From: an uncultured Alphaproteobacteria bacterium
Lineage (GTDB): Bacteria; Pseudomonadota; Alphaproteobacteria; HIMB59
NCBI GenBank assembly: GCA_902556735.1
Contig: CACDXE010000003.1
Span: 83,817-147,816 of the forward strand
Direction of reading: 5' to 3'
DNA: 64,000 nt
The notes under the pieces were generated by a model. The model was not told the origin of the DNA, made no database searches, and worked only from the letters and a program-made list of their open reading frames with translations. This document shows positions 1-10,006 of the stretch, piece after piece. Position numbers and translations under genes: made by a program. Positions within the stretch are counted from its first letter, which is position 1. Every line of letters begins with the position of its first letter.

Positions 1-975
1 ATAGTGATTAATATTAATAGATTTGAAGTCTAATTTTTTCTTATATTGCAGAAGTTTATTGGATTTGTAAACATTAACGTAATTTTTCGAAAAATTAAAA
101 GAATTTATAATTTCACTATATTTATCCAAGTCAGAGCTACAATCTAAAATAACATCTAATTTAGAAAAGTTAGCTAACTTAATAGCGTCCTTAATATTAT
201 AAATATTAGCATTCATTTCTAGATCATCAGATATGAGTAAACCTTTGAACCCAATTTTTTTTCTAATGATATTATCAATAATATAATTTGAAAAAGTGGC
301 GATGTTAGTTTTATCCCACGATAGATATTTAATATGTGCAGTCATTGCCAAAGGAAGGCTATTAAAATATTTAAATAATTTGGTGTGATCCTGAAGAGAG
401 ATTTTACTCAATTTAGTTATTGGCATAGTCAAATGAGAGTCTTTATTTGTTACGCCATGTCCAGGAATGTGTTTCATTATTGGAATTAGCCCAAAATAAA
501 TTAAATTTTCTAATAATATTTTTTGCAAAATTAAATTAATATTAATGTTTGGTCCAAAAGTTCTTTTTTTAATCATTAAGATTGTATTTTTAATTGGTAA
601 ATCTAGAACAGGAACTGTGTTAACATCGAAATTTAGTTTTTTTAGATAATAAGATGTTATGAAGGATTTCAAAAAAACTAACTGCTTTGATAAAGAAGGG
701 TATCTTAAATAAATTTTATAAAGCTCAAAATTATCTAAAAAATTAAATTTTTTAAATTTTTTAAATCTATTTACAATGCCACCCTCTTGATCAATAAATA
801 TTAATGTATTTTTACTTAATGATTTAATTGATTGATTTAACTTTGATATTTGAGGAATATTACTGATATTTCTTGTAAAAATTATTACCCCAAAAGGTTT
901 TATCTTCGAAATAAAATTTTTTTCTTGTTTAGATAAAGAAATACCTTTAACGGATATAATTATTGGATAATTCAT
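1..975 (-). CDS. nagZ: beta-N-acetylhexosaminidase NagZ (GH3), 3' end runs off the window
   Basis: Not in the ORF track. Translated by hand from ATG at 975: MNYPIIISVKG...GVIIFTRNI...DQEGG...MKHIPGHG...DSH...LISDDLEMNA. No stop in frame over 1-237, where I checked every codon. Confidence 0.9.
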   Translation of the reverse strand, partial: MNYPIIISVKGISLSKQEKNFISKIKPFGVIIFTRNISNIPQISKLNQSIKSLSKNTLIFIDQEGGIVNRFKKFKKFNFLDNFELYKIYLRYPSLSKQLVFLKSFITSYYLKKLNFDVNTVPVLDLPIKNTILMIKKRTFGPNININLILQKILLENLIYFGLIPIMKHIPGHGVTNKDSHLTMPITKLSKISLQDHTKLFKYFNSLPLAMTAHIKYLSWDKTNIATFSNYIIDNIIRKKIGFKGLLISDDLEMNANIYNIKDAIKLANFSKLDVILDCSSDLDKYSEIINSFNFSKNYVNVYKSNKLLQYKKKLDFKSININHY

Positions 976-1118
976 TTTATAAAATCAAATTCATCAGCAG
1001 TAATAGTTATAAAATTATCAAAAAAAATATACTTCAAGTAATTATCAAAAAACAGATAAGAAAATAATAAAATCAGTATTAAAAAAAAAATAATTATTAC
1101 TATTTTTAGATTTTTCAC
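972..1118 (-). CDS. 48-aa single-pass membrane protein, candidate minimal FtsN lacking the SPOR domain
   Basis: GTG 1118 to TGA 972 encodes MKNLKIVIIIFFLILILLFSYLFFDNYLKYIFFDNFITITADEFDFIK. It overlaps the argS stop (GTGA) and the nagZ start (ATGA) by 4 nt each. Confidence 0.65.
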   Translation of the reverse strand: MKNLKIVIIIFFLILILLFSYLFFDNYLKYIFFDNFITITADEFDFIK

Positions 1119-2764
1119 ATTTGTAATTTAGGCTGAATGCCTAAAATTTTTAATCCTTCGTCTAATACATTTTGATAATTATGTAATAACTTAATTAGAT
1201 TAGAGGAAATATTATTCTCATTATCTAAAAATTTTACTGATGGTTTATTTTTTGAAGAGGACCATAATGTATGGAAATATGACGACAAACTCTCTAAGTA
1301 GTGTGCTATTAAATGAACTTCTTTTTTTAAATATGCAGATTTTACTACATTATCCCACTCCAATAGTTTTTTATATAAGTTTTTTAATTCTGAAGTAACT
1401 ATAATGGGTGTATCAACAACTTTATTTACTTTATTTAAAATGGATTGTGTTCGTGCATAAGAATACTGAATATAATAAATAGGATTTTCCTTATTCTCTC
1501 TCTTAATTAAATCTATGTCTAAATCCATGTGAGTATCATTTTTTCTGTAAGACATAAAATATCTAAAATTATCAATTCCTATTTCATCTATTAAATTTTT
1601 AAGTTCAAAAATGTTACCCTCTCTTTTTGATAGTTTTTGTATTTTATTATCTCGTTTTAAATTGACAATTTGACAAAAAACAACTGAAAAATCAATTTTT
1701 GGGTGTAAAGAAGTTATCGCTGATGACAATCTTTTGAGATATCCTAAATGATCAGCGCCCCATATATTTATTAGTTTATTAAATCCTCTTTGAAATTTAT
1801 CTTCATGATAAGCAATATCATTTGCAAAATAAGTGGGAGTGCCATCATTTTTAGTTAATGCTCTATCTTCATCATCTTCAAAAAGAGTTGATTTAAATAT
1901 AGTTAGCTGATTATCCTTTAAAGTGCCCGTAAAATCCTTAGGGGCATTTAATTGACCTTCGTATGTTAGATTTTTTTGCTTGAATTTTTCAAGAATTAAT
2001 GGGAGATGACCCTTGTCCATAATGGTTGTTTCATATGAAATTTGATCGAATTTAATACCTGCTGTGCCAAGTGTTTGAAGCGTCTGACTGACAAGATTTT
2101 CTATAGCATAATTTACTATATTGATTTTCTCATCGAAACTTAGCTTATTATCAAATAATGGTTTAAATTTTTCGTAACAGTTCTTTGCTATATCATTAAT
2201 GTAATCACCTTTGTAAAATTGTTTTTCATTAAGATTTAGATTATTTGTCTGTGAAATAGAATAAAGTATTGAAGATAGAAATTCATTAATTTGATTACCT
2301 GTGTTATTTACATAATATTCACGAGTTACAGGATGTCCAAAATACTCAAATAAATTAGATAAAATATCTCCAACAACTGCACCTCTTCCATGTGCTAGGT
2401 GTAATGGACCTGTTGGATTTGCAGATACAAATTCAATATTTACCTTTTCATTTTCTTTAAATTCTTTTTCGTTATTGAATAATTGAGGATTAAAACTTTC
2501 ATCCTTAAGAAAAAAATTTATAAAGCCAGGTCCAGCAATTTGTACTTTTTCAAAATTATTTAAATTAATAGCCTTTAAAATAATGTCTGCTAATTGATTT
2601 GGATTTTTTCCAAATATTTTTGCAAATTTTAGAGCAGCATTAGTTGTAAAATCTCCTTTTTTGTCAAAAAGTGTTTCAACTTCAACATCTTCAAAATTAA
2701 TACTAACGTTCTTATCAATTTTAATTAATATTTCAAAAAGAGATTTTTTTAATTTATGTAACAT
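1115..2764 (-). CDS. argS: arginine--tRNA ligase
   Basis: EFVSANPTGPLHLAHGR (HIGH motif), KLSKREG (KMSKS-like), YYIQYSYAR. Confidence 0.97.
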   Translation of the reverse strand: MLHKLKKSLFEILIKIDKNVSINFEDVEVETLFDKKGDFTTNAALKFAKIFGKNPNQLADIILKAINLNNFEKVQIAGPGFINFFLKDESFNPQLFNNEKEFKENEKVNIEFVSANPTGPLHLAHGRGAVVGDILSNLFEYFGHPVTREYYVNNTGNQINEFLSSILYSISQTNNLNLNEKQFYKGDYINDIAKNCYEKFKPLFDNKLSFDEKINIVNYAIENLVSQTLQTLGTAGIKFDQISYETTIMDKGHLPLILEKFKQKNLTYEGQLNAPKDFTGTLKDNQLTIFKSTLFEDDEDRALTKNDGTPTYFANDIAYHEDKFQRGFNKLINIWGADHLGYLKRLSSAITSLHPKIDFSVVFCQIVNLKRDNKIQKLSKREGNIFELKNLIDEIGIDNFRYFMSYRKNDTHMDLDIDLIKRENKENPIYYIQYSYARTQSILNKVNKVVDTPIIVTSELKNLYKKLLEWDNVVKSAYLKKEVHLIAHYLESLSSYFHTLWSSSKNKPSVKFLDNENNISSNLIKLLHNYQNVLDEGLKILGIQPKLQM

Positions 2765-3863
2765 ATTTTTTATAGAAATTTATAGCATACTGATCTGTCA
2801 TACCACATACATAATCGACTATTATTTGTTGCTTATCTGTATCATATTGTAATTTTTCTTTCCATTTAGATGGAAGCATAGAGGTATCATTATTTAATAA
2901 TTTAATTATAGATACTAAAATTTTTTCAGCTTGCGTTCTATTTTTATATACAAAATCAGATGTGTAAAAAAATTCGAATAGAAAATTTTTAAGAAATTTT
3001 ACTTTATCTAATACTGGAGGACTAAACTTAACCAAAAAATTTGTGTTTATTATAACATCTTCAATCGATCGTATTTGTGAATTATTAGAAAGAGTATTTT
3101 CAGTTTCGTTAAGAAGATCCAAAATTAAGTAGTTCATAATGGATCTTGAAAAGTAATTTCTTGCAATACTTTTATCTAAGTTTGCAATGTATGAAAAATC
3201 TATAAAATTAAATTGTTCTTTATTTTCAGCTAAACTTGATATTGTCAGAATACCTGATCTTAAAGCATCATCGAAATCATGAGCTATGTAAGCTATATCA
3301 TCAGACAACGATGCGATTTGAGCCTCTAATGAGGGATTCTTATTTAAATCAAATTTAAAATTTTTTGATAAGTCGTAGTTTCTATTTGTTTCTTGTATTT
3401 TTCCATTATGCTTTATTAAACCATCTATTGTTTCCCAAGTTAAATTTAAACCATCAAAATTTATATATCTCTTTTCTAATAATGTAATTTGTCTAAAAGA
3501 TTGATAATTATGGTTAAAATTTGCATCTAATTCTTGAGTAATTATTTCTTCGCCCACATGACCAAAAGGACTATGACCTAAATCATGAGATAGTGCTATA
3601 CATTCAGTGAGATCTTCATTTAAAGACAATTTTCTACTTATAGATCTTGCTATTTGAGATACCTCAAGAGTATGTGTTAGTCTATTTCTATAATAATCAC
3701 CTTTTTCAAACATAAATACTTGTGTTTTATCTTTTAGTTTTCTAAAGGCTGTTGAATGATAAATTCTGTCTCTATCTCTTTCGTAAAGTGATCGATGATC
3801 ATTTATTTCATCGTAAAGTCTTCCTTTTGAATTTTCTGGTAAAGCTGATAAATTACTGAACAT
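2754..3863 (-). CDS. dgt: deoxyguanosinetriphosphate triphosphohydrolase (HD domain)
   Basis: RDRDRIYHSTAFRKLKDKTQVF, RNRLTHTLEV, HDLGHSPFGH, DDIAY. Likely start is ATG 3863 (MFSNLS); the ORF-track extension to 3908 overlaps erpA. Confidence 0.93.
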   Translation of the reverse strand: MFSNLSALPENSKGRLYDEINDHRSLYERDRDRIYHSTAFRKLKDKTQVFMFEKGDYYRNRLTHTLEVSQIARSISRKLSLNEDLTECIALSHDLGHSPFGHVGEEIITQELDANFNHNYQSFRQITLLEKRYINFDGLNLTWETIDGLIKHNGKIQETNRNYDLSKNFKFDLNKNPSLEAQIASLSDDIAYIAHDFDDALRSGILTISSLAENKEQFNFIDFSYIANLDKSIARNYFSRSIMNYLILDLLNETENTLSNNSQIRSIEDVIINTNFLVKFSPPVLDKVKFLKNFLFEFFYTSDFVYKNRTQAEKILVSIIKLLNNDTSMLPSKWKEKLQYDTDKQQIIVDYVCGMTDQYAINFYKKYVT

Positions 3864-4190
3864 ATGGGAAGTATTAATATAACAGATAAAGCTATAAATA
3901 AAATTCAAGAAGTTCTAAAAGATCAAAATATGAAATATTTTAGAATCAGAGTCAAAGGTGGTGGATGTTCTGGATTCCAGTACGTATTTAAAAGTGAAAA
4001 TGTAATTAATGAAACCAAAGATCATGTATTTAATTTTAAAGATTTACAAATTTTGATCGATAAAAATTCTATGACTTTCATAAATGAGTCTGAATTAGAT
4101 TATAAAGATGAATTGATAGGCTCTAGTTTCTCTATTTCAAATCCTAATGCTAAAAATTCTTGTGGCTGTGGCACATCATTTAGCGTTTAA
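3864..4190 (+). CDS. erpA: iron-sulfur cluster insertion protein ErpA (HesB/IscA family)
   Basis: GGGCSGFQY and NPNAKNSCGCGTSF motifs. Confidence 0.93.
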   Translation: MGSINITDKAINKIQEVLKDQNMKYFRIRVKGGGCSGFQYVFKSENVINETKDHVFNFKDLQILIDKNSMTFINESELDYKDELIGSSFSISNPNAKNSCGCGTSFSV

Positions 4191-4192
4191 TT

Positions 4193-4960
4193 GTGAAAAT
4201 AATTAGTTGGAATGTAAATTCTTTAAGAGCTCGAGAACCACTTATAGAAAAAATAATAAAAACAGAAGCTCCAGATATATTTTGCTTACAAGAACTGAAG
4301 ATATTAGATAAAGAATACGTAGAAAATTTTTTTAATCAATTTTCATTGAAAACAGTGGCTGAAACTCAAAAAAGCTATAATGGGGTAAGTGTTTCTTGTA
4401 AAAGTGAGATTGTATTAAATGAAAATCCCTTAAAAAGGTTAAATATGACACAAGCAAGAAACAATACAGTTATTATAAAAGATAAAAATTTAGCAATCCT
4501 CAATTGTTATTTCCCTAATGGAAATCCTATAGATACAGACAAATTTACAAATAAACTTGAATGGATGAAATTACTTTATAGAGAAATAGAAATACTTAAA
4601 AAAGAACATGAAGTTTTATTAATGGGAGATTTTAATGTTATTCCAGATGATGAAGATGCTCATGATATTAAAAAATATAAAAATGATGCTCTAGCACAAC
4701 CTGAGTCTAGAAAAGAATTTTATAAATTAATAAATCTAGATCTAATTGATGTGTTTAAGACTACTCCAAAAAAACAAAGTTATACTTTTTTTGACTACAA
4801 AACTTACAAATTTGGAAAAGAAGAAGGAATAAGAATAGACTTTTTTCTTTTATCTCCATTTTTGAAAAGTAAAATAATGAAACTAAAAGTATTAAAAGAA
4901 TACCGTGATATGGATAGACCCTCTGATCATTGCCCTATTCTTATAGATTTAAATATCTGA
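4193..4960 (+). CDS. xthA: exodeoxyribonuclease III
   Basis: SWNVNS, CLQELK, YFPNG, GDFNV, RIDFFL, SDHCP. Confidence 0.95.
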   Translation: MKIISWNVNSLRAREPLIEKIIKTEAPDIFCLQELKILDKEYVENFFNQFSLKTVAETQKSYNGVSVSCKSEIVLNENPLKRLNMTQARNNTVIIKDKNLAILNCYFPNGNPIDTDKFTNKLEWMKLLYREIEILKKEHEVLLMGDFNVIPDDEDAHDIKKYKNDALAQPESRKEFYKLINLDLIDVFKTTPKKQSYTFFDYKTYKFGKEEGIRIDFFLLSPFLKSKIMKLKVLKEYRDMDRPSDHCPILIDLNI

Positions 4961-6661
4961 ATAAGTCTTTTTTTCTAATTTACCACCAGGGTGTGTAACT
5001 GCCCCTAGGTTTGCAGGTCCAACAGTTTTCATATATTTCCATAAAGTACCTGACATAAACTCTGGTTCTTTATTAACCCATTTAATTTTTCTATCGGATA
5101 ACGTTTTTTCGTCTACATTCAAATTTAGTATATTTTTCTCTGCATCAATTTCTATTTCATCACCATCTTCAACTAACGCTATAGGCCCACAATCATAAGC
5201 CTCTGGGCCTACATGGCCGATACAAAAACCTCGTGTACCTCCAGAGAACCTTCCGTCAGTAATTAAAGCTACCTCTTCGCCAAGATCTTGTCCATAAAGG
5301 GCACTAGTGGTAGATAGCATTTCTCTCATACCTGGTCCTCCTTTTGGGCCCTCGTATCTTATAATCACAACATGACCAGGTTTAATTTTACCATTTAAGA
5401 CAGCGTCTAGAGCATGTTCTTCTCTATCAAAGCAAATTGCCTTTCCTTTGAACTGTAATTTTTTAAGTCCAGCTATTTTTACAATCGCACCATCAGGAGC
5501 AAGTGAACCTTTCAAACCTACCACGCCACCTGTTTTAGTAATTGGGCTACTGACAGGATAAACAACATCTTGATTTTTTGGTAACTCCACATCTTTTACA
5601 TTTTCAGCTAACGTTTTTCCAGTAACAGTCATGCATGATCCATCAATCAACCCGCCATCAATGAGTGCTTTAATTAGAACAGGAACGCCACCAACTTCAT
5701 ATAAATCTTTAGCTACATACTTCCCCCCCGGGGCTAAATTACCTATATAAGGTGTTGATTGGAAAATATTACAGACATCTTCCAAAGTAAATTCAATACC
5801 AGCTTCATGAGCCATAGCAGGTAGATGTAAACCTGCGTTGGTTGATCCACCTGATGCTGAAACAACCACAGCCGCATTTATTAGTGATTGTTTTGTAACA
5901 ATATCCCTAGGTCTCAAGTTTTTTTCAATTAATTCCATAACTACTTTTCCACTTTCATAAGCATATTTATCTCTACTTTCATAAGGAGCTGGTGTCATAG
6001 CAGAACCTGGAAGAGCTAAACCAATAGTCTCTGAAACGCATGCCATGGTATTTGCGGTAAACTGTCCGCCACAGGATCCAGCAGATGGACAGGCAACACA
6101 CTCAATGTCATGGAGTTCTTGGTCTGAAATCTTTCCTGTTGAATGTTTTCCAACAGCTTCAAAAACATCTACTATTGTTACGTCCTTATCCTTATAAACA
6201 CCTGGTAATATAGATCCACCGTACATAAATACAGATGGCACATTAAGTCTTAGCATTGCCATCATTAAACCTGGCAAAGATTTATCACACCCAGCTAAAC
6301 CAACTAAGGCATCATAACAGTGCCCTCTTACAGAAAGTTCAGTTGAGTCAGCTATAATCTCCCTACTAGTTAAAGAAGATTTCATTCCCTCATGACCCAT
6401 AGCAATACCATCAGTAACAGTAATCGTGGTAAATTCTCTTGGTGTACCTTTTGCATCCCACACACCTTTTTTGGCTGATTGAGCTTGGCGAGAAAGTGAA
6501 ATATTGCAAGGGGCAGACTCATTCCATGTGGTTACTACACCAACAAAAGGTTGTTTAATCTGTTCTTCAGTAATTCCCATAGCATAATAAAAAGCTCTAT
6601 GTGGTGCACTTTTAGGACCTACAGAAACATGTCTACTTGGTAATTTGCTTTTATCAACCAT
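4949..6661 (-). CDS. ilvD: dihydroxy-acid dehydratase
   Basis: PCN, DGIAMGHEGM, GCDKSLPG, CGGQFTANTM, GGSTN, GPKGGPGMREM, TDGRFSGG. Confidence 0.97.
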   Translation of the reverse strand: MVDKSKLPSRHVSVGPKSAPHRAFYYAMGITEEQIKQPFVGVVTTWNESAPCNISLSRQAQSAKKGVWDAKGTPREFTTITVTDGIAMGHEGMKSSLTSREIIADSTELSVRGHCYDALVGLAGCDKSLPGLMMAMLRLNVPSVFMYGGSILPGVYKDKDVTIVDVFEAVGKHSTGKISDQELHDIECVACPSAGSCGGQFTANTMACVSETIGLALPGSAMTPAPYESRDKYAYESGKVVMELIEKNLRPRDIVTKQSLINAAVVVSASGGSTNAGLHLPAMAHEAGIEFTLEDVCNIFQSTPYIGNLAPGGKYVAKDLYEVGGVPVLIKALIDGGLIDGSCMTVTGKTLAENVKDVELPKNQDVVYPVSSPITKTGGVVGLKGSLAPDGAIVKIAGLKKLQFKGKAICFDREEHALDAVLNGKIKPGHVVIIRYEGPKGGPGMREMLSTTSALYGQDLGEEVALITDGRFSGGTRGFCIGHVGPEAYDCGPIALVEDGDEIEIDAEKNILNLNVDEKTLSDRKIKWVNKEPEFMSGTLWKYMKTVGPANLGAVTHPGGKLEKKTYSDI

Positions 6662-9258
6662 TATTGAATATTAATTAATATACTATCAATTTTAGACAAT
6701 TCCATATTAATTGAACTTTGTCTCTCTTTATTTTGATCAATGAGATCTTTTGGAGCTTTTGATACAAAATTTTCATTTGATAAATTTTTATCAATCGTAT
6801 TTTTTTCTTTTTCCAAAAAGCTTTTATTTTCTTGAAGTTTTTCTTTAATTTTAGATTTATCAATTTGGCTAGTGGAAATTTCAAAATCAAACTCTTTAAA
6901 AGGTAAAGTAACACTATTGTCTTTATGGGATGATGAAAGTTTTTTTCTTGTTAAAAATTCAAATGTTTTTTTATTATCTTCTAAAATTGTTTGAATTAAT
7001 TGGTTTTTAGAAAAAATTTCTACAGTATCTTCTTTTTTGATTTCAAAAAGTTTTTCTATTGACCTGTATTCTTCTATAAAATCAATAAATAATTTTGTTT
7101 TAAATACATGTTCACTCTCTGTTTTTAAATCAACATAGTCCCACTGATGACTCATCAAGATATCTTTATTATTTTTACCCCACAATTTTTCAGTAATAAA
7201 AGGAATCACTGGATGTAAAAGTTGCAATAAAGAATTAAATACTAAATGAAAAGTTTGTTTGGTTTCATCTCTAAATTGATTGTCGTCTAAAAGATTTTTA
7301 GAAAGTTCAATATACCAGTCACAAAAAGTATGCCATGTAAAATGATATAGTTGATTAGCCACTTCATGAAAATAGTATTTCTCATAATTTTCTTGAACTT
7401 TTTTATATAACTCTTGAAACTCATTTATAATCCAAATATTAAAAATATGGTTAGGGTTAACTTTGCCATTATCTGTAAATGGATAAATTCCTTTAAATTC
7501 AGCAAACTTATAGGCATTGGTGATTTTAGTAACGAAGTTTCTATAACCAGCAATGCGTTGCTCACTTAACCTTACATCCCTTCCAGGTGTATTTAATGAT
7601 GTTAGAGTAAAGCGCAGTGTATCTGCACCATACTTGTCAATTATTTCTAAAGGATCTATGACATTACCTTTTGATTTTGACATTTTTTGACCTTTTTCAT
7701 CACGAACGAGAGCATGAACATAAACAGTTTTAAAAGGTGTTTCTGACATAAATTTATTACCCATCATCATCATGCGGGCAACCCAGAAAAAGATGATATC
7801 AAAACCCGTAACTAGTACAGAATTAGGGTAAAATGTATCTAATGTTTGTTCTTTGTTGGGCCATCCCAATGTAGAGAAAGGCCAAAGAGCTGAGGAGAAC
7901 CAGGTGTCTAAGACGTCTTGATCTCTTTTTAAAATTATTTTATCCGCTTTATAAAAGTCTACAGCTAAATTTTTCGCTTCTTCTTCAGTTTCTGCACAAA
8001 ATTCTTTTCCATCAGGACCATACCAAACTGGAATTTGATGTCCCCACCATATTTGTCGAGAAATACACCATGGTCTTATATTTTCCATCCATTGAAAGTA
8101 TGTTTTCTCCCAATTTGAGGGAAAAAATTTTGTATCACCGTCTTTTACAACTTTCATTGCCTGTTTTGCTAATACTTCAGCATTACAAAACCACTGATGA
8201 GTTAAAAAAGGTTCGACAACAGTGTTCGAGCGATCACCATATGGTATTGAAGTTTTATAATCTTCAATTTTTTCTAAAAAACCTTTTTCTTTTAGCAATT
8301 GAACAACTTTTTTTCTTGCCTCAAATCGATCTAAACCCTGAAATTCTTTTGGACAATTTTCGTTCAATGATCCGTCTTCGTTTAGAATATTCAATAGTTC
8401 TAAGTTGTGCCTTTTACCGATTTCAAAATCGTTAAAATCGTGTGCTGGGGTAATTTTAACTGCACCACTTCCCATTTCCGGATCAGAATATTCATCAAAT
8501 ATAAGTGGAATAGATCTTGATGTTAAAGGAATAGTAAAAGTTTCTTTTTTTAATGAAGTATATCTACTGTCATTGGGGTTAACTGCTATAGCAACATCAC
8601 CAAAAATTGTTTCTGGTCTAACTGTTGCAACAGTTATACTCTCAGAATTAGAGCTTGGATATTTTATATAGTAAATTTGGGTGCTTACATCCGTAGGAAC
8701 AACTTCTAAATCAGAAATAGCTGTTTTAAATTTGGTATCCCAATTAACAAGAGCTTGATCTTTATATATCAACCCCTCTGTATATAATTTAACAAAAACC
8801 TTTCTAACTGCAGATGACAATCCGTCATCCATCGTAAATCTTTCCCTTGACCAATCACATGAACTACCAAGCCTTTTTAATTGATTTATGATTGTGGAAC
8901 CCGAATATTCTTTCCACTCCCATATTTTTTCAATGAACTCTTCTCTTGTGAGATCTTTACGATAAATATTTTTCTCAGCTAAGTTTCTTTCCACAACCAT
9001 TTGTGTTGCTATGCCTGCATGGTCTGTTCCAGGTTGCCAAAGAGTATTAAATCCATTCATTCGGTGATATCTTGTTAAAATATCCTGAATAGTGTTATTA
9101 AGTGCATGTCCCATATGCAACGACCCTGTTACATTTGGAGGAGGTATACAAATAGAAAAGTTTTTATCAAAATTGTATTTAGGTTTAAAACATTCTTTGT
9201 CTAACCAAAGCTGATAAATTTCATTTTCATATTCTTTTTTATTTTGAAATTCATCCAT
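6661..9258 (-). CDS. valS: valine--tRNA ligase
   Basis: PPPNVTGSLHMGH, WCISRQIWWGH, KMSKSKGN, C-terminal coiled coil (FVSKAP). Confidence 0.97.
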   Translation of the reverse strand: MDEFQNKKEYENEIYQLWLDKECFKPKYNFDKNFSICIPPPNVTGSLHMGHALNNTIQDILTRYHRMNGFNTLWQPGTDHAGIATQMVVERNLAEKNIYRKDLTREEFIEKIWEWKEYSGSTIINQLKRLGSSCDWSRERFTMDDGLSSAVRKVFVKLYTEGLIYKDQALVNWDTKFKTAISDLEVVPTDVSTQIYYIKYPSSNSESITVATVRPETIFGDVAIAVNPNDSRYTSLKKETFTIPLTSRSIPLIFDEYSDPEMGSGAVKITPAHDFNDFEIGKRHNLELLNILNEDGSLNENCPKEFQGLDRFEARKKVVQLLKEKGFLEKIEDYKTSIPYGDRSNTVVEPFLTHQWFCNAEVLAKQAMKVVKDGDTKFFPSNWEKTYFQWMENIRPWCISRQIWWGHQIPVWYGPDGKEFCAETEEEAKNLAVDFYKADKIILKRDQDVLDTWFSSALWPFSTLGWPNKEQTLDTFYPNSVLVTGFDIIFFWVARMMMMGNKFMSETPFKTVYVHALVRDEKGQKMSKSKGNVIDPLEIIDKYGADTLRFTLTSLNTPGRDVRLSEQRIAGYRNFVTKITNAYKFAEFKGIYPFTDNGKVNPNHIFNIWIINEFQELYKKVQENYEKYYFHEVANQLYHFTWHTFCDWYIELSKNLLDDNQFRDETKQTFHLVFNSLLQLLHPVIPFITEKLWGKNNKDILMSHQWDYVDLKTESEHVFKTKLFIDFIEEYRSIEKLFEIKKEDTVEIFSKNQLIQTILEDNKKTFEFLTRKKLSSSHKDNSVTLPFKEFDFEISTSQIDKSKIKEKLQENKSFLEKEKNTIDKNLSNENFVSKAPKDLIDQNKERQSSINMELSKIDSILINIQ

Positions 9259-9261
9259 TTG

Positions 9262-9924
9262 CTAAAAAACAAATGGTTCAGATTGAACATATTTATAAAT
9301 ATAAGACGAAGAAGCTTCATCTATAACAAACTTATTCGATTTGCCTCCTACTTTTATATATTTAACGATCTTATGTTTAAAATCTTGATTATCAATTATA
9401 CAAACTATCTCTGCATTATCAGATGCATTTTTAATTATATTTATGGGCTCTTCATCAAGTGAACCATTAATAATAATCTTTTGGTATTTTTTTATATTTG
9501 GCTTTTTGTTATTGAAAAATTCCTCTATCGTTAAATCTAATAAAGAGGCATTGAACAAACCGTCTTTCATACTATTTTGGAAAACTCCAGTCATTTGAAT
9601 AGAGGACTCTATACAGTCAATATTAGAGGAAAATTTATTTATAATAGATGTTGATGTACCAAATCCAGAACCAATTTCTAAAATACTCTCATCATCAATC
9701 TCTCCCAAAGCTTGTAATAAATGAAATGATGTTAAAGGAGGTAGAACAAAGCGACCATCGTCTAAAAATATAATTTTATCAGAATAAGCTAAATGTTTAT
9801 AAGGTTTTGGATACAAGTTTTCTCTTGGAAATAATTCAATTTTTTCAATTAAAGATGAGTTTTTTATACGATTAGCTCTTAGTTGATTAAGAACCATATT
9901 TGTTCTTGCTTGTTCAAAATTCAT
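9262..9924 (-). CDS. pcm: protein-L-isoaspartate O-methyltransferase family protein
   Basis: ARTNMVLNQLR N-terminus, PRE, LEIGSGFG SAM motif, C-terminal FVF typical of the alphaproteobacterial Pcm. Confidence 0.8.
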   Translation of the reverse strand: MNFEQARTNMVLNQLRANRIKNSSLIEKIELFPRENLYPKPYKHLAYSDKIIFLDDGRFVLPPLTSFHLLQALGEIDDESILEIGSGFGTSTSIINKFSSNIDCIESSIQMTGVFQNSMKDGLFNASLLDLTIEEFFNNKKPNIKKYQKIIINGSLDEEPINIIKNASDNAEIVCIIDNQDFKHKIVKYIKVGGKSNKFVIDEASSSYIYKYVQSEPFVF

Positions 9925-10006
9925 GATAAAGTTTGATTTATAACAAAATTAATTGTTTTTCATAGATCATATTCGCCTCATATAAAATAATAGTGTAAAT
10001 TAAACT

